NCBI RefSeq assembly: GCF_000802425.1
Contig: NZ_JRUD01000009.1
Span: 36,788-100,787, forward strand
Source: Pseudomonas flexibilis
GTDB lineage: Bacteria > Pseudomonadota > Gammaproteobacteria > Pseudomonadales > Pseudomonadaceae
Length of the DNA: 64,000 bases
Reading direction: 5' to 3'
Part shown: positions 51,008-62,619 of the stretch, in pieces
Layout of the letters: each line of letters starts with the position of its first letter
Numbering within the stretch: position 1 is the stretch's first letter
Position numbers and translations under genes: made by a program
The notes under the pieces: model-generated
Databases searched by the model: none
The model's input: only the letters and a program-made list of their open reading frames with translations
What the model was told of the DNA's origin: nothing

Positions 51008-51465
51008 CAGGGGGCCTCGGTAATCAGACCGACGTTGCCGACACCGGCCTGCTGCAGGCCGCCCATCACGGCCATCACCGCGCCGTAGTCCACTGCCTTG
51101 TCGCCGCGCACATACACCTGGACCTTTTTCCCCTGGCGACTGTTCTCGGCCAGGATGCCGCGCACGGCGCCCACCAGCTTGTCGAGGGAAACCGCCGCCT
51201 CGCTGTTGCGGGTCTGCTCGGTCTGCACCTCTTCGCCCATGTTCCAGTAGTAGGTGCGGTCAGCCTTGATGGACACCGTCAGCACGCGGGCATTGTTGTC
51301 CTGCGGCAGCACCTCGGTGCTCACCTTGGGCAGGTCGACCTTGACCCCCTGGTTGAGCATCGGCGCAGTCACCATGAAGATGACCAGCAGCACCAGCATC
51401 ACGTCGATGTAGGGCACCACGTTCATCTCGGCGACCGGCTTGCGTCTGTTGCGAATTCTGGCCAT
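51007..51465 (-). CDS. tolR: Tol-Pal system protein TolR (ExbD family)
   Basis: The 152-aa product has a single TM (VVPYIDVMLVLLVIFMV). The internal ATG at 51465 was used. Confidence 0.93.
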   Translation of the reverse strand: MARIRNRRKPVAEMNVVPYIDVMLVLLVIFMVTAPMLNQGVKVDLPKVSTEVLPQDNNARVLTVSIKADRTYYWNMGEEVQTEQTRNSEAAVSLDKLVGAVRGILAENSRQGKKVQVYVRGDKAVDYGAVMAVMGGLQQAGVGNVGLITEAP

Positions 51466-51475
51466 CAGCCGCGCC

Positions 51476-52171
51476 TCATTCTTCGGAGGTGTGCACCTTG
51501 CGGTGCAGGATCGCCTGGAACTCGTCCGCGAAGGTGTAGTAGCGGGCAATCAGCTGCTCGCCCCGGGCGGAGAAGCGGTTGTAGGCGATGACGGCGGGAA
51601 TCGCCGCGAACAGGCCGATGGCGGTGGCGATCAGCGCCTCCGCGATGCCCGGCGCCACGGTGGCCAGTGTGGCCTGCTGCACCTGGGCCAGGCCACGGAA
51701 GGAGTTCATGATCCCCCACACGGTGCCGAACAAACCGATGTAGGGGCTGGTGGAACCGACGGTAGCCAGGAACGGCAGCGCCTGCTCCAGCTTCTCTTCC
51801 TCGCGGGAGATCGCCACCCGCATGGCCCGGCTGACCCCGTCCATCACCGCATCCGGACCGACGCCCGGCTGCTGGCGCAGTCGCGAAAACTCGCGGAAAC
51901 CGGCGCGGAAGATCTGCTCCACGCCACTGTGCGAATCGGTGGCATTGCCGGACTGGCGATACAGCTTCGACAGGTCGATGCCGGACCAGAAGCGTTCCTC
52001 GAATTCCTCCAGGGCATGCTTGGTGCCGCGCAGCAAGCTGCCGCGCTGGAAGATCAGCACCCAGGAAATGACCGAGGCAGCCACAAGAATCAGCATCACC
52101 AGTTGCACCAGCAGACTGGCATTGCTGATCAGACTCCACAGGGACATGTGATCGACGGCGTTGGGTTCCAC
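51476..52171 (-). CDS. tolQ: Tol-Pal system protein TolQ (MotA/ExbB family)
   Basis: Three-TM MotA/TolQ/ExbB family protein, 231 aa. Confidence 0.95.
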   Translation of the reverse strand: MEPNAVDHMSLWSLISNASLLVQLVMLILVAASVISWVLIFQRGSLLRGTKHALEEFEERFWSGIDLSKLYRQSGNATDSHSGVEQIFRAGFREFSRLRQQPGVGPDAVMDGVSRAMRVAISREEEKLEQALPFLATVGSTSPYIGLFGTVWGIMNSFRGLAQVQQATLATVAPGIAEALIATAIGLFAAIPAVIAYNRFSARGEQLIARYYTFADEFQAILHRKVHTSEE

Positions 52172-52173
52172 GC

Positions 52174-52614
52174 TTACTCTCCTGGACGGGTACTGGCCAG
52201 GTCCCCCACGAAGGCGTCACGCAGCGCTTCGGGGATGGACCGGGGTTTCAGGGTATCGGCACGCACGCAGGCCACCAGGACGCTGCCCTCGCAGAGCAGC
52301 TGTCCATCGTTGACGCGGCGCACCTGTTGACGAAAACGCAGGCTGACACGGTTCAACTCGACCACCTCGGCCGAGACACTCAACTCGTCATCCAGCCGCG
52401 CCGGCGCGTGATAGCGCGCTTCGCACGAGTGGACCACGAACAGCAGGTTATCGCCGGCCAGTTGCGATTGGGCGAAACCCAGGCGACGCAGACGCTCGGT
52501 GCGCGCACGCTCCATGAATTTCAGGTAATTGACGTAGTAGACGATTCCACCGGCGTCGGTGTCTTCGTAGTAGACCCGGCAGGGAAGCGCGAACGGCTGC
52601 GTAAGAGTGCTCAT
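52174..52614 (-). CDS. ybgC: Tol-Pal-associated acyl-CoA thioesterase YbgC (4HBT hot-dog fold)
   Basis: YbgC-like hot-dog motifs ([15 protein letters not shown]). It is the first gene of the tol-pal operon. Confidence 0.9.
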   Translation of the reverse strand: MSTLTQPFALPCRVYYEDTDAGGIVYYVNYLKFMERARTERLRRLGFAQSQLAGDNLLFVVHSCEARYHAPARLDDELSVSAEVVELNRVSLRFRQQVRRVNDGQLLCEGSVLVACVRADTLKPRSIPEALRDAFVGDLASTRPGE

Positions 52615-52632
52615 TTCAGAAAAAGTTCCGCT

Positions 52633-53670
52633 TCATGCGTCATCGGTGCCGGACGGATTGCTCAGGCGCCCGGGCAACTGCAGACCAAAGTGCAGGTAGG
52701 CATGCCGGGTGACCACGCGCCCGCGCGGCGTGCGCATGATGTAGCCCTGCTGGATCAGGAAGGGCTCCAGCACATCCTCAATGGTGTGACGCTCCTCGCC
52801 GATGGCTGCGGCCAGGCTGTCGATGCCCACCGGACCGCCATCGAACTTCTCCATCATGGTCAGCAGCAGGCGGCGGTCCTGGTGATCGAAGCCGCGCTCG
52901 TCGACATCCAGCATGTTCAGCGCCAGGTCGGCCACCTGGCGGGTGATCTCGCCCTTGCCACGCACCTCGGCGAAATCGCGCACGCGACGCAGCAGGCGAT
53001 TGGCAATACGCGGCGTACCGCGCGCGCGGCGGGCCACTTCGAAGGCCCCTTCCGGCTCGATCGGCAGACCGAGAATTCCGGCCGAACGGCTGACGATGGT
53101 GGTGAGGTCCTCGGCTGAATAGAACTCCAGGCGCTGCACGATGCCGAAGCGGTCGCGCAGTGGATTGGTGAGCATGCCGGCCCGCGTGGTCGCACCCACC
53201 AGGGTGAAGGGCGGCAGGTCCAGCTTGATGGAACGCGCGGCCGGGCCCTCGCCGATCATGATGTCGAGCTGGAAGTCCTCCATGGCCGGATACAGCACTT
53301 CCTCGACCACCGGCGAGAGGCGATGGATCTCATCGACGAACAGCACATCCCCGGGCTCCAGATTGGTCAGCAGCGCGGCGAGATCGCCGGGACGCTCCAG
53401 CACCGGACCGGACGTACTTTTCAGGGAGACCCCCATTTCCTGGGCGATGATGTTCGCCAGGGTGGTCTTGCCCAGCCCGGGTGGTCCGAAGATCAGCGTG
53501 TGGTCCAGGGCTTCGGCACGACCGCGTGCGGCCTGGATGAACAGCTGCATCTGCTCGCGCACCAGCGGCTGGCCGATGTAGTCGGCCAACCGGGCCGGAC
53601 GCATGGCGCGGTCCAGTTGCTCGTCGCGATCCCGGGCGGAGGCGGTCACCAATCGATCGGCTTCGATCAC
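52633..53670 (-). CDS. ruvB: Holliday junction branch-migration ATPase RuvB
   Basis: Walker [10 protein letters not shown], Walker B VLFVDEIH and sensor motifs. Confidence 0.97.
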   Translation of the reverse strand: MIEADRLVTASARDRDEQLDRAMRPARLADYIGQPLVREQMQLFIQAARGRAEALDHTLIFGPPGLGKTTLANIIAQEMGVSLKSTSGPVLERPGDLAALLTNLEPGDVLFVDEIHRLSPVVEEVLYPAMEDFQLDIMIGEGPAARSIKLDLPPFTLVGATTRAGMLTNPLRDRFGIVQRLEFYSAEDLTTIVSRSAGILGLPIEPEGAFEVARRARGTPRIANRLLRRVRDFAEVRGKGEITRQVADLALNMLDVDERGFDHQDRRLLLTMMEKFDGGPVGIDSLAAAIGEERHTIEDVLEPFLIQQGYIMRTPRGRVVTRHAYLHFGLQLPGRLSNPSGTDDA

Positions 53671-54276
53671 TTAACCCATTCCCTTCAGCGCGCGCCGAAT
53701 CAATTCTTCACTACTCAAACCGTTCTCCTGCACCGCGGCGACAGCCCGGCTGGCCTCCTGGGGCTTGAAGCCCAGGGCGATCAACGCGCTCACGGCGTCA
53801 TTTTCGGCCGATGAGACCACCGCCTGAGTGGAAGGTTCCAACGTCAGCGGCGCGATGCCTGGAATCGCTTCCCAGGCCTTGAAGCGATCCTTCAGCTCCA
53901 CCAGCAGGCGCTCGGCGGTTTTCTTGCCCACGCCGGGAATCTTCACCAGGGTGGAGGTGTCTTGCGCCTGCACGCAACGTACCAACTCATCCACCTCCAT
54001 TCCGGACATCAGCGCCAGCGCCAGCTTGGGACCCACGCCATTCAGCCGGATCAGCTCGCGGAACAGCTCTCGCTCGCGCTTTTCCGCAAAGCCATAGAGC
54101 AGCTGCGCGTCCTCTCTGACCACCAGATGGGTGTACAGCGTCAAGGAATCGCCAACCGGGGGCAAACGATAAAGGGTCGTCATCGGCACTTCCAGCTCGT
54201 AACCGACGCCATTCACATCCAGCAGCAAAAAAGGCGGCTGCTTGTCCGCCAGGGTGCCATGCAATCGACCAATCAC
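53671..54276 (-). CDS. ruvA: Holliday junction DNA helicase subunit RuvA
   Basis: Typical N-terminus [15 protein letters not shown] and helix-hairpin-helix motifs. Confidence 0.95.
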   Translation of the reverse strand: MIGRLHGTLADKQPPFLLLDVNGVGYELEVPMTTLYRLPPVGDSLTLYTHLVVREDAQLLYGFAEKRERELFRELIRLNGVGPKLALALMSGMEVDELVRCVQAQDTSTLVKIPGVGKKTAERLLVELKDRFKAWEAIPGIAPLTLEPSTQAVVSSAENDAVSALIALGFKPQEASRAVAAVQENGLSSEELIRRALKGMG

Positions 54277-54326
54277 GCGTCCATTCCTCTCACATCAATT
54301 GGGGCCAGCAACGTCGCGCACACACC

Positions 54327-54851
54327 TCACAGACGCAGCCGGCCACTGCGTCGCTTGGCCTGGATCAGGCCGTGGGGAATCAGGCTTTGCCGATGGTGGG
54401 CATGGCAGAGCGCAATGGCCAGGGCATCGGAAGCATCAATCTGAGGCTTTTGCAGCAGCTTGAGCAGGTGCATGACCATCATCTGCACCTGCTGCTTGTC
54501 GGCCCCGCCGGTGCCGGCGATGGCCTGTTTGACCTGGGTGGCGGTGTACTCGGCAATCTCCAGGCCCGACTCGGCCCCAGCGACGATCGCCGCGCCGCGC
54601 GCCTGACCGAGCTTGAGCGCCGAATCGGCGTTGCGCGCCATGAATACCTGCTCGATACCCATGGTGATCGGCCCGTACTGGCGGATTACCTCGCTCACGC
54701 CGCGATAGACCGTCTGCAGGCGTTCCGGCAGCGACCCGCTGCCGGTGCGGATGCAGCCGGAGGCGATGTACTCGCAGCCCCGCCCGGTATCGCGCACCAC
54801 ACCAAAGCCGGTAATCCGCGAGCCCGGGTCGATTCCAAGGATCAGCGTCAT
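54327..54851 (-). CDS. ruvC: Crossover junction endodeoxyribonuclease RuvC
   Basis: [16 protein letters not shown]-terminus and the catalytic acidic residues. Confidence 0.95.
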   Translation of the reverse strand: MTLILGIDPGSRITGFGVVRDTGRGCEYIASGCIRTGSGSLPERLQTVYRGVSEVIRQYGPITMGIEQVFMARNADSALKLGQARGAAIVAGAESGLEIAEYTATQVKQAIAGTGGADKQQVQMMVMHLLKLLQKPQIDASDALAIALCHAHHRQSLIPHGLIQAKRRSGRLRL

Positions 54852-55025
54852 GCCACCGCCATCACTGTCTATTTATCCAGCACGGAAGTATACGGGCCGA
54901 CGCCGATGGCGTCACCCAGCCGAATGCGGGCCACCGCCAGCCCGCGACCGAAGTCGCTCCTACGGGGCCCGTTCAATGCCGGCTTTTCGTGGGAACGGCT
55001 TCAGCGTCGCAATGCTTTTTGCAGC

Positions 55026-55052
55026 ACAAAAAAGGCAGCGCCGAGCGCTGCC
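55026..55052 (-). terminator. Rho-independent terminator downstream of the yebC-like gene (GGCAGCGC-TCG-GCGCTGCC-TTTTTT)
   Basis: Seen directly on the minus strand, about 25 nt after the stop codon. Confidence 0.65.
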
Positions 55053-55076
55053 TTCTGGGTCGCCAACACCAGGCAA

Positions 55077-55823
55077 TCAGCCCAGCTGCTCCATGATCTC
55101 GTCGGGGATCTCGGCGTTGTGGTAGACGTTCTGCACGTCGTCCAGGTCCTCCAGCATGTCGATCAGCTTCATCACCTTCTGGGCGGTTTCCAGATCGGCG
55201 ATCGGCGCGCTGATCGACGGGATCATGGCGATTTCCGCCTCGTCCGCCTTGAAGCCGGCAGCGGCCAGCGCTTCGTTCACCGCATGGAAATCGGCGAAGC
55301 TGGTGGACACCAGCGCGGAACCGTCATCACCCATTTCCACGTCATCGGCACCCGCTTCCAGGGCCGCTTCCATCAGCGCATCCTCGTTGACACCGGGTGC
55401 GTAGCTGATCTGCCCCTTGCGGTCGAACATGTAAGCCACCGAGCCGTCGGTGCCCAGGTTGCCGCCACACTTGCTGAAGGCATGGCGCACTTCGGCCGCA
55501 GTACGGTTGCGGTTGTCGGTCATCGCCTCGACGATGATCGCCACGCCGCTCGGCGCGTAACCTTCATAGCTGAGCTCGACAACGTTGTCGGCCTCGTTGT
55601 TGCCGGCACCCCGCGCAATGGCGCGGTCGATCACGTCGCGCGACATGTTGTTGGTCAGCGCCTTGTCCACCGCCAGGCGCAGGCGCGGGTTGTCGGCCGG
55701 CACCGCGCCGCTCTTGGCGGCCACGGTCAGCTCGCGAATGATCTTGGTGAAGATCTTGCCACGCTTGGCGTCCTGACGACCCTTGCGGTGCTTGATGTTG
55801 GCCCATTTGGAATGACCAGCCAT
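55077..55823 (-). CDS. yebC: YebC/PmpR-family DNA-binding transcriptional regulator
   Basis: Hallmark N-terminus [31 protein letters not shown], 248 aa. It sits upstream of ruvCAB, as in many proteobacteria. Confidence 0.93.
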   Translation of the reverse strand: MAGHSKWANIKHRKGRQDAKRGKIFTKIIRELTVAAKSGAVPADNPRLRLAVDKALTNNMSRDVIDRAIARGAGNNEADNVVELSYEGYAPSGVAIIVEAMTDNRNRTAAEVRHAFSKCGGNLGTDGSVAYMFDRKGQISYAPGVNEDALMEAALEAGADDVEMGDDGSALVSTSFADFHAVNEALAAAGFKADEAEIAMIPSISAPIADLETAQKVMKLIDMLEDLDDVQNVYHNAEIPDEIMEQLG

Positions 55824-55939
55824 AACTCACTCCATCTCGTTTCAGATTCTGGAACGGGCCGCTCCCGGCCCGCCTGTCTAGTCTGGCACTTCCGCGGGCG
55901 ATCAGTGCCGCCCGCTGCCATGATGCCGCCCCGAACGGA

Positions 55940-55963
55940 GAAGCCCGGCTTTCACCGGGCTTC
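55940..55963 (-). other. Perfect 9-bp hairpin (GAAGCCCGG-N6-CCGGGCTTC) 10 nt downstream of the aspS stop
   Basis: Seen directly. The U-tract is weak. It is a possible terminator or attenuator between aspS and yebC. Confidence 0.35.
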
Positions 55964-55973
55964 GAAGGAGCGA

Positions 55974-57749
55974 TTATTCCGCCTTGGCTTGCTCGCGCAG
56001 GCGGATGTGCAGCTCGCGCAGCGCCTTGTTGTCCACGACACCCGGCGCCTGGGTCATGACACAGGCTGCGCTCTGGGTTTTCGGGAAGGCAATCACTTCG
56101 CGGATGGAGGATGCGCCGGTCATCAGCATGACCAGGCGATCCAGGCCGAAGGCCAGCCCGCCGTGCGGCGGCGCGCCGAACTTCAGGGCATCGAGCAGGA
56201 AGCCGAACTTCTCCTGCTGCTCTTCCTCGCTGATGCCCAGCACTTCGAAGACCGCCTGCTGCATCTTCTTGTCGTGGATACGGATCGAACCGCCACCCAG
56301 CTCGGTGCCGTTGAGCACCATGTCATAGGCGCGAGACAGTGCGGCGGCCGGATTGGCCTTCAGCTCCTCGGGGCTGCACTTGGGTGCGGTGAACGGGTGA
56401 TGCATGGCACTCAAGCTGCCGTCGTCGTTTTCCTCGAACATCGGGAAGTCGACCACCCACAGCGGCGCCCACTCGCAGGTGAGCAGGTTGAGGTCGTGAC
56501 CGACCCGAATACGCAGTGCGCCCAGGGCGTCGCAGACCACCTTGGCGCGATCGGCACCGAAGAACACGATGTCGCCATCGACCGCGCCGACGCGATCGAG
56601 GATGACGTTCAGGTTGGCTTCGGGGATGAACTTGACGATCGGCGACTGCAGACCCTCAACGCCCTTGGCGCGCTCGTTGACCTTGATGTAGGCCAGACCC
56701 TTGGCGCCATAGTTGCCAACGAACTTGGTGTAATCGTCGATCTGGCTGCGCGGCATGGAGGCGGCACCCGGCACGCGCAGGGCCGCAACGCGACCCTTGG
56801 GATCGTTGGCCGGGCCGGAGAACACCTTGAATTCCACATCCTTGAGCTGGTCGGCCACGTCGACCAGTTCCAGCGGGATGCGCAGGTCAGGCTTGTCCGA
56901 ACCGAAGCGACGCATGGCCTCGGCGAGGGTCATGTGCGGCAGCTCGCCGAACTCGACATCCAGCACTTCCTTGAACAGCTGGCGAATCATGGTCTCGGTC
57001 AGGCCCATGATGTCGGCTTCATCGAGGAAGCTGGTCTCGATGTCGATCTGGGTGAATTCCGGCTGACGGTCGGCGCGCAGGTCCTCGTCGCGGAAGCACT
57101 TGGCGATCTGGTAGTAGCGGTCGAAGCCGGCGACCATCAGCAGCTGTTTGAACAGCTGCGGGGACTGCGGCAGGGCGAAGAAGCTGCCGGCGTGGGTGCG
57201 GCTCGGCACCAGGTAGTCGCGCGCGCCTTCGGGGGTGGCACGGGTCAGGATCGGCGTTTCGACGTCGAGGAAGCCGTTGTCGTCCAGGTAGCGGCGAATG
57301 CTCGATGTAATGCGCGAGCGCAGCTTGAGCTTGGCGGCCATTTCCGGGCGACGCAGGTCGATGAAGCGATAGCGCAGGCGGGTTTCCTCGCCGACGTCGG
57401 AGTACTCGTCCAGCGGGAACGGCGGGGTTTCGGCCTGGTTGAGGACTTCCAGCGCGTAGCCCAGCACTTCGATGGCGCCGCTGGCCATGTTCGGGTTGCG
57501 CGCGCCTTCCGGACGCATGCGCACCTTGCCGGTGACCTTGACGACGTATTCGCTGCGCACGCGGTCGGCCTTGGCGAAGGTTTCCGCGCGGTCCGGGTCG
57601 AAGACCACCTGAGCCAGGCCTTCACGGTCGCGGATGTCGAGGAAGATGACGCCACCGTGGTCGCGACGGCGATGGACCCAACCGCAAAGAGTGACTTCCT
57701 GACCGTCGAGGGCCTCGTTCAACTGGCCGCAATAGTGGCTGCGCATCAT
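55974..57749 (-). CDS. aspS: Aspartate--tRNA ligase
   Basis: Starting at [10 protein letters not shown] gives a 591-aa product with an OB-fold anticodon-binding domain, a GAD insertion and class-II motifs ([26 protein letters not shown]). The upstream extension in the track is junk-like. Confidence 0.96.
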   Translation of the reverse strand: MMRSHYCGQLNEALDGQEVTLCGWVHRRRDHGGVIFLDIRDREGLAQVVFDPDRAETFAKADRVRSEYVVKVTGKVRMRPEGARNPNMASGAIEVLGYALEVLNQAETPPFPLDEYSDVGEETRLRYRFIDLRRPEMAAKLKLRSRITSSIRRYLDDNGFLDVETPILTRATPEGARDYLVPSRTHAGSFFALPQSPQLFKQLLMVAGFDRYYQIAKCFRDEDLRADRQPEFTQIDIETSFLDEADIMGLTETMIRQLFKEVLDVEFGELPHMTLAEAMRRFGSDKPDLRIPLELVDVADQLKDVEFKVFSGPANDPKGRVAALRVPGAASMPRSQIDDYTKFVGNYGAKGLAYIKVNERAKGVEGLQSPIVKFIPEANLNVILDRVGAVDGDIVFFGADRAKVVCDALGALRIRVGHDLNLLTCEWAPLWVVDFPMFEENDDGSLSAMHHPFTAPKCSPEELKANPAAALSRAYDMVLNGTELGGGSIRIHDKKMQQAVFEVLGISEEEQQEKFGFLLDALKFGAPPHGGLAFGLDRLVMLMTGASSIREVIAFPKTQSAACVMTQAPGVVDNKALRELHIRLREQAKAE

Positions 57750-57971
57750 GGTGTGTTCGCTTCTCTCTGGGAGTCTGGTTTCATCTTGACCGGCCACCCC
57801 TGGCGCCTGCGGATCGGGCCAGCGTGGCAAAGCGCGAGATTATATAGGGTAAATGCCTGCCGCGCAGCCGTGGCGCACGGTGCGCTGGCGGTTGATCCAG
57901 ATCCATGCCCGCAAGCGAAAACCCCTGTTAGGCTGATAGCACCTCATAGAAGCATCGTCGGAGGAATCACC

Positions 57972-58439
57972 ATGGACATCGATATCGGCATTTCCCAGCA
58001 GGACCGTGCGGCCATCGCCGAAGGCCTGTCCCGTCTATTGGCGGACACCTACACCCTTTACCTGAAGACCCACAACTTTCACTGGAACGTCACCGGTCCG
58101 ATGTTCAACACCCTGCATCTGATGTTCGAGACGCAGTACACCGAGCTGGCGCTGGCGGTGGACGCGATTGCCGAGCGCATCCGCGCCCTGGGCTTCCCGG
58201 CACCGGGCACCTACGCGGCCTATGCGCGGCTGTCCTCCATCAAGGAGGAGGAAGGTGTACCCAGCGCCGAGGACATGATCCGTCTGCTGGTACAGGGTCA
58301 GGAAGCCGTGGTGCGCACTGCACGCGGCATCTTCCCGCTGCTGGACAAGGTCAACGACGAGCCCACCGCCGACCTCCTGACCCAGCGCATGCAGGTCCAC
58401 GAAAAGACCGCCTGGATGCTGCGCAGCCTGCTCGCCTGA
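57972..58439 (+). CDS. dps: Dps-family DNA-binding ferritin-like protein (DNA starvation/stationary-phase protection)
   Basis: The 155-aa product has ferroxidase-centre context ([17 protein letters not shown], ...AERI...) and a GGAGGA RBS. It is the only real gene inside the long artefactual plus-strand ORF 54372..58439. Confidence 0.9.
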   Translation: MDIDIGISQQDRAAIAEGLSRLLADTYTLYLKTHNFHWNVTGPMFNTLHLMFETQYTELALAVDAIAERIRALGFPAPGTYAAYARLSSIKEEEGVPSAEDMIRLLVQGQEAVVRTARGIFPLLDKVNDEPTADLLTQRMQVHEKTAWMLRSLLA

Positions 58440-58666
58440 CATCCCGCCGGCAGGGCGACCCTCTGGCCGCCCTGCCCCGGCTCGCGACTTCGCGCTCACT
58501 TGCGGCGCTGCGATTTGAGCCCCTTTCCGCTTTGCTGTTAAATACCCGCCGTGTCGCACTCCATCCCGCGGCATAGGCCTGCCGCTGTACCACTCCTTAC
58601 CTGTATTTGCGGAGCTGCGCGGCGACTGGCTCTCCCTGCATCATGCCTACTGTGAGTTCAATTCCA

Positions 58667-59281
58667 ATGCTGAAAATCGTCCAACTCCTCACGGGCGTTG
58701 CCGCCCTCCTACTGTCCTTCGTACCCAGCCTCACCGGCGATTCCCTGCCTTACCTGCTGCAGCCCGATGCGCTCTACCTGGCCCTGTTCGGCCTGCTCAA
58801 CCTGGCCTTTGCCGCCTTGCCGGAGCATGCCCAGCTCAGCAACCGGCGTCCGCTGCAGATCCTCGCCAGCGTGCTGCTGATCATTGCCACCGCCGTTCAG
58901 GCCGCGGTACTGCTGGGGCCGCTGGAGTTCATCGCCGGCCTGCCGGGCGTTGCCGCCGCCCTGCCGCTCGCCGCCCTGGCCGTGCTGCTGCATCTGCTGC
59001 TCAACTGGCAGCCGTCCCGTCCGTCGCGCCGGGCCGCAGGCGATGCCTACCAGGCGCCGCTCGGTGAGAATCGCGAGACCGGCACGGTCAAATGGTTCAA
59101 CACCACCAAGGGCTTCGGTTTCATTTCCCGTGATTCCGGGGACGACATCTTCGTGCACTTCCGCGCGATTCGTGGCGAAGGCCACCGCGTGCTGGTCGAA
59201 GGCCAGCGCGTGGAGTTCTCCGTGATGCAGCGCGACAAGGGCCTGCAAGCCGAGGACGTGGTCACCACCGACCGCCGCTGA
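58667..59281 (+). CDS. Membrane-anchored cold-shock-domain (CspA-like CSD) protein, about 205 aa
   Basis: N-terminal region with about four TM helices, followed by a C-terminal canonical cold-shock domain ([15 protein letters not shown]...DDIFVHF). Start uncertain (ATG 58667 used; the track has TTG 58607). Confidence 0.75.
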   Translation: MLKIVQLLTGVAALLLSFVPSLTGDSLPYLLQPDALYLALFGLLNLAFAALPEHAQLSNRRPLQILASVLLIIATAVQAAVLLGPLEFIAGLPGVAAALPLAALAVLLHLLLNWQPSRPSRRAAGDAYQAPLGENRETGTVKWFNTTKGFGFISRDSGDDIFVHFRAIRGEGHRVLVEGQRVEFSVMQRDKGLQAEDVVTTDRR

Positions 59282-59293
59282 TACCGCTGCGAG

Positions 59294-59324
59294 AAAGCCG
59301 CGCCTAAGGGCGCGGCTTTTTTTT
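59294..59324 (+). terminator. Rho-independent terminator (AAAGCCGCGCC-TAAG-GGCGCGGCTTTTTTTTT) after the CSD-protein gene
   Basis: Seen directly, 13 nt after the stop codon. Confidence 0.7.
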
Positions 59325-59547
59325 GCCCGACAAAGGACCAGCGGCGAGGAAAATGCCCGCAATTTCCCGCCACTCCCAGTAAAATCGCCCCGCCTTGCCA
59401 CGGACGGGACGGACCACGTCGGACTCTGCTGCCGACCTACACCCCAATCGCTCCGGTTCTGTACGACAGCAGCCGCCTCGGCTTCTCTCCTACATGACCG
59501 GGAACCACCGCTTCGCTTCGCCGCATGGGCGACCCCAGGAAACCCAC

Positions 59548-60765
59548 ATGATTCAGCGTCCTCTCCTGCAGTTGTTCACCCGCACCAGCCTGGTCGTCCA
59601 GATTTTCATCGGGTTGGTCGCCGGCATTCTGCTTGCCCTGTTACTGCCCCAGGCCGTCCCGCACGTCGGCCTGCTCGGCGAACTGTTCATCGCCGCGCTG
59701 AAAGCCGTGGCGCCGGTGCTGGTGTTCCTGTTGGTCATTTCTGCCATCGCCAGCCACCAGCAGGGTCAGCCGACCCATATCCGTCCGGTCCTGGTGCTCT
59801 ATCTCGTAGGCACGCTGTGCGCGGCCATCGTCGCGGTGATCGCCAGCAGCCTGTGGCCCACCACCCTGCCGCTGGCCGAGGCCGCCACCGGCGCCAACCC
59901 GCCCGGCGGCATCGGCGAAGTGCTCAAGACCTTGCTGTTCAACATCGCCAGCAATCCGATCAGCGCCCTGCTGGAAGCCAACTACATCGGCATCCTCGCC
60001 TGGGCCATCGGCCTCGGCCTGGCGATCCGCCAGGGCAGCGACAGCACCCGCGCGGCCTTCAGCGACCTGGCCCGCGGCGTCACACTGATCGTCAAGGTGG
60101 TGATTCATTTCGCCCCATTCGGGGTGTTCGGCCTGGTGGCCACCACCCTGGTCGACACCGGCCTGCAGGCCCTGCTCGGCTACGCCCAGCTGCTGCTGGT
60201 GCTGATCGGCTGCATGCTGTTCGTGGCCCTGGTGGTCAACCCGGTCATCGTCTGGTGGAAGATTCGCCGCAACCCCTACCCGCTGGTCTTCCTGTGCCTG
60301 CGCGAAAGCGGCGTTACCGCCTTCTTCACCCGCAGCTCGGCGGCCAACGTTCCCGTCAACCTGCAGATCTGCGAACGCCTGGGCCTGCACGAGGACACCT
60401 ACTCCATTTCCATTCCGCTGGGTGCCACCATCAACATGGCCGGCGCAGCAGTCACCATCAGCGTGCTGACCCTGGCGGCCGTGCATACCCTGGGCATCAG
60501 CGTCGACCTGCCCACTGCCCTGCTGCTCTGCGTGGTCTCGGCGGTCAGTGCCTGCGGCGCGTCTGGCGTGGCAGGGGGCTCGCTGCTGCTGATTCCGCTG
60601 GCCTGCAGCCTGTTCGGCATTCCCAATGAGGTGGCCATGCAGGTAGTGGCGATCGGCTTCGTGATCGGCATCCTGCAGGATGCCGCGGAAACCGCCGTCA
60701 ACTCGTCGACCGACGTGCTGTTCACTGCGGCCGCCTGCCTGGCCGCAGAGCGCAAGCAGGCGTGA
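59548..60765 (+). CDS. sstT: Serine/threonine:sodium symporter SstT (DAACS family)
   Basis: The 405-aa product is closely similar to E. coli SstT along most of its length as recalled ([34 protein letters not shown]...[22 protein letters not shown]). The internal ATG at 59548 was used. Confidence 0.93.
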   Translation: MIQRPLLQLFTRTSLVVQIFIGLVAGILLALLLPQAVPHVGLLGELFIAALKAVAPVLVFLLVISAIASHQQGQPTHIRPVLVLYLVGTLCAAIVAVIASSLWPTTLPLAEAATGANPPGGIGEVLKTLLFNIASNPISALLEANYIGILAWAIGLGLAIRQGSDSTRAAFSDLARGVTLIVKVVIHFAPFGVFGLVATTLVDTGLQALLGYAQLLLVLIGCMLFVALVVNPVIVWWKIRRNPYPLVFLCLRESGVTAFFTRSSAANVPVNLQICERLGLHEDTYSISIPLGATINMAGAAVTISVLTLAAVHTLGISVDLPTALLLCVVSAVSACGASGVAGGSLLLIPLACSLFGIPNEVAMQVVAIGFVIGILQDAAETAVNSSTDVLFTAAACLAAERKQA

Positions 60766-60781
60766 CGGAAGCGATGCGGCG

Positions 60782-61636
60782 TTGAAACACAGCACGCTGC
60801 ACCTGCCCGCCGGGCGCTGGCCGACGGTGCTCGATTGCCTGTGTGCACATTTTCCAGCGATCGGCCGCGAGGTCTGGCTCGACCGCTTCGCCCGCCATCG
60901 CGTGCTGGATGAGCAGGGGCAGCCCTTGCGCGCCGATCATCCCTACCGGGAAGGCCTGCGCGTCCGCTACTTTCGTGAAGTGCCCGACGAGGCGCGCATC
61001 CCGTTCGAGGAGCAGGTGCTGTTCCAGGACGAGCACCTGCTGGTGGTGGACAAGCCGCACTTCCTGCCGGTGGTCCCCGCCGGCAGCTACGTGCGGGAAA
61101 CTCTGCTCAACCGGCTGGTGGAGCGCTTCGACAACCCGCAGCTGGTGCCGCTGCATCGGCTGGATCGCCTGACTGCCGGGCTGGTGCTGTTTTCCTGCAA
61201 CCCGCAAACCCGCGACGCTTACCAGGCCCTCTTTCGCCAGCAGCGCATCGTCAAACGCTATGAGGCCATGGCGCCGCCGCTGCCTCGGCTGAACTTCCCC
61301 GTCCTGCGCCAAACCCATCTTGAGCAGGGCGAGCCGTTCTTCCGCATGCAGGAAGGCGACGGCAAGCCCAACAGCGAAACGCGTATCGAAGTTCTGGAGC
61401 CCTGCGGCGAGCACTGGCGCTACGCGCTTTACCCGGTCACCGGCCGCAAGCACCAGTTGCGCCTGCACATGGCCGGGCTGGGCGCGGCGATTCTCAACGA
61501 CCCGCTGTATCCGAGCCTGAGCGCCGCACCCGAAGACCACACCCGCCCCCTGCAGCTACTCGCCCGGAGCCTGAGCTTCCAGGACCCGCTGAATGGGCAA
61601 GCGCGCACCTTCACCAGTTGCCTGACGCTTCAGTAA
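60782..61636 (+). CDS. RluA-family pseudouridine synthase
   Basis: Catalytic motif HRLDRLTAGLVLF and conserved TGRKHQLRLHMAGLG. The start was taken as TTG 60782 (GGAAG about 10 nt upstream), because the first ATG of the track ORF lies inside sstT. Start confidence is low. Confidence 0.75.
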   Translation: MKHSTLHLPAGRWPTVLDCLCAHFPAIGREVWLDRFARHRVLDEQGQPLRADHPYREGLRVRYFREVPDEARIPFEEQVLFQDEHLLVVDKPHFLPVVPAGSYVRETLLNRLVERFDNPQLVPLHRLDRLTAGLVLFSCNPQTRDAYQALFRQQRIVKRYEAMAPPLPRLNFPVLRQTHLEQGEPFFRMQEGDGKPNSETRIEVLEPCGEHWRYALYPVTGRKHQLRLHMAGLGAAILNDPLYPSLSAAPEDHTRPLQLLARSLSFQDPLNGQARTFTSCLTLQ

Positions 61637-61836
61637 TGGGGCGGAACCTCGTCTTCATCCTCGCTGCCGATCTGCGTCTGCAACTCGTCCTGGCGCTGCG
61701 ATAACGCACTGACCAGCAATTGCAGTCGCTCGATGTCGCGCTGCTGGCGAACCACCTCGTCGTTCAGGGCCTGCAGGGTGTCATCCTGGAAAGCCAGGCG
61801 GCTTTCCAGGTCGGCGATACGTTCTTCTACCGTCAT
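61630..61836 (-). CDS. slyX: SlyX family protein (68 aa)
   Basis: Coiled-coil MTVEERIADLESRLAFQDDTLQALNDEV... sequence. Its ATG overlaps the HIT gene stop (ATGA), and GGAGG lies upstream. Confidence 0.85.
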   Translation of the reverse strand: MTVEERIADLESRLAFQDDTLQALNDEVVRQQRDIERLQLLVSALSQRQDELQTQIGSEDEDEVPPHY

Positions 61837-62264
61837 GCCTTGCCCTCCTCGAAATGGAAATCTTCGGTCAGCACCAGGCCAAGCTTGTCCCGGATGCCTT
61901 GCAGCTCGGCTGCGGAATAGGGCTGGGCCGGATGCTTGCCCCACACCGGCGCCGGCCAGGCCGCGTCGCCCTTGCGGCGCACGATCACATGCATGTGCAA
62001 CTGACTGACCATGTTGCCCAGGGTGGCGACGTTCATCTTGTCCGCCGCGAAGGTGTCCTTGAGGATCTCCGCCAGCTGCGTCGTCTCTTTCCACAGCTGA
62101 CGCTGGTCCGCCTCGTCGAGCTGGAACAGCTCGCTGACGTCCTCGCGGCGCGGCACCAGGATGAACCAGGGGTATTGCCTGTCGTTCATCAACAGCAGAC
62201 GGCACAGCGGGAAGTCGCCAATAGGCAGGGTGTCTTTTGCAAGTTGCTCGGCCAGCACGAACAT
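61833..62264 (-). CDS. HIT-family (histidine triad) nucleotide hydrolase
   Basis: Histidine triad HMHVIV, 143 aa. AGGAG lies 6 nt upstream of the ATG. Confidence 0.88.
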   Translation of the reverse strand: MFVLAEQLAKDTLPIGDFPLCRLLLMNDRQYPWFILVPRREDVSELFQLDEADQRQLWKETTQLAEILKDTFAADKMNVATLGNMVSQLHMHVIVRRKGDAAWPAPVWGKHPAQPYSAAELQGIRDKLGLVLTEDFHFEEGKA

Positions 62265-62619
62265 CGTGGTTCTCCTGAGAATTCCGGGCGCCGACGGCGC
62301 CTGCCGGGAGGATAGCGCCTGCCCTCGCGTTTTTCATCGCTCCATGGACGCCCGCACAAATGCGCCAGGGCCTTTTTGACTTGCCGGCATTTATTGCTAT
62401 GCCTTCTTACAGAAGCGTTCTGACGATATCCCATTGATATCGAAACGCCTTTACAACCTTGGACGCGTACCAGCCGCAGGGGGCCTTGAACGAATCCGTC
62501 CACCACGTCAATTACCCGCCTTGGATGCAGCAGGTCCAACGGGGTGAGAGCAAGCCTGACGAGGAGCCGACCCGGGGGTACCCGGGCGGCCTCGATCTTC
62601 AATCAAAAGGAGCAGTCAC

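Noticed and set aside
54372-57971. Upstream 1200 aa of the 1355-aa plus-strand ORF
   Set aside because: It is antisense to ruvC, yebC and aspS. Only the last 155 codons (the Dps family protein, with its own GGAGGA RBS) are real.
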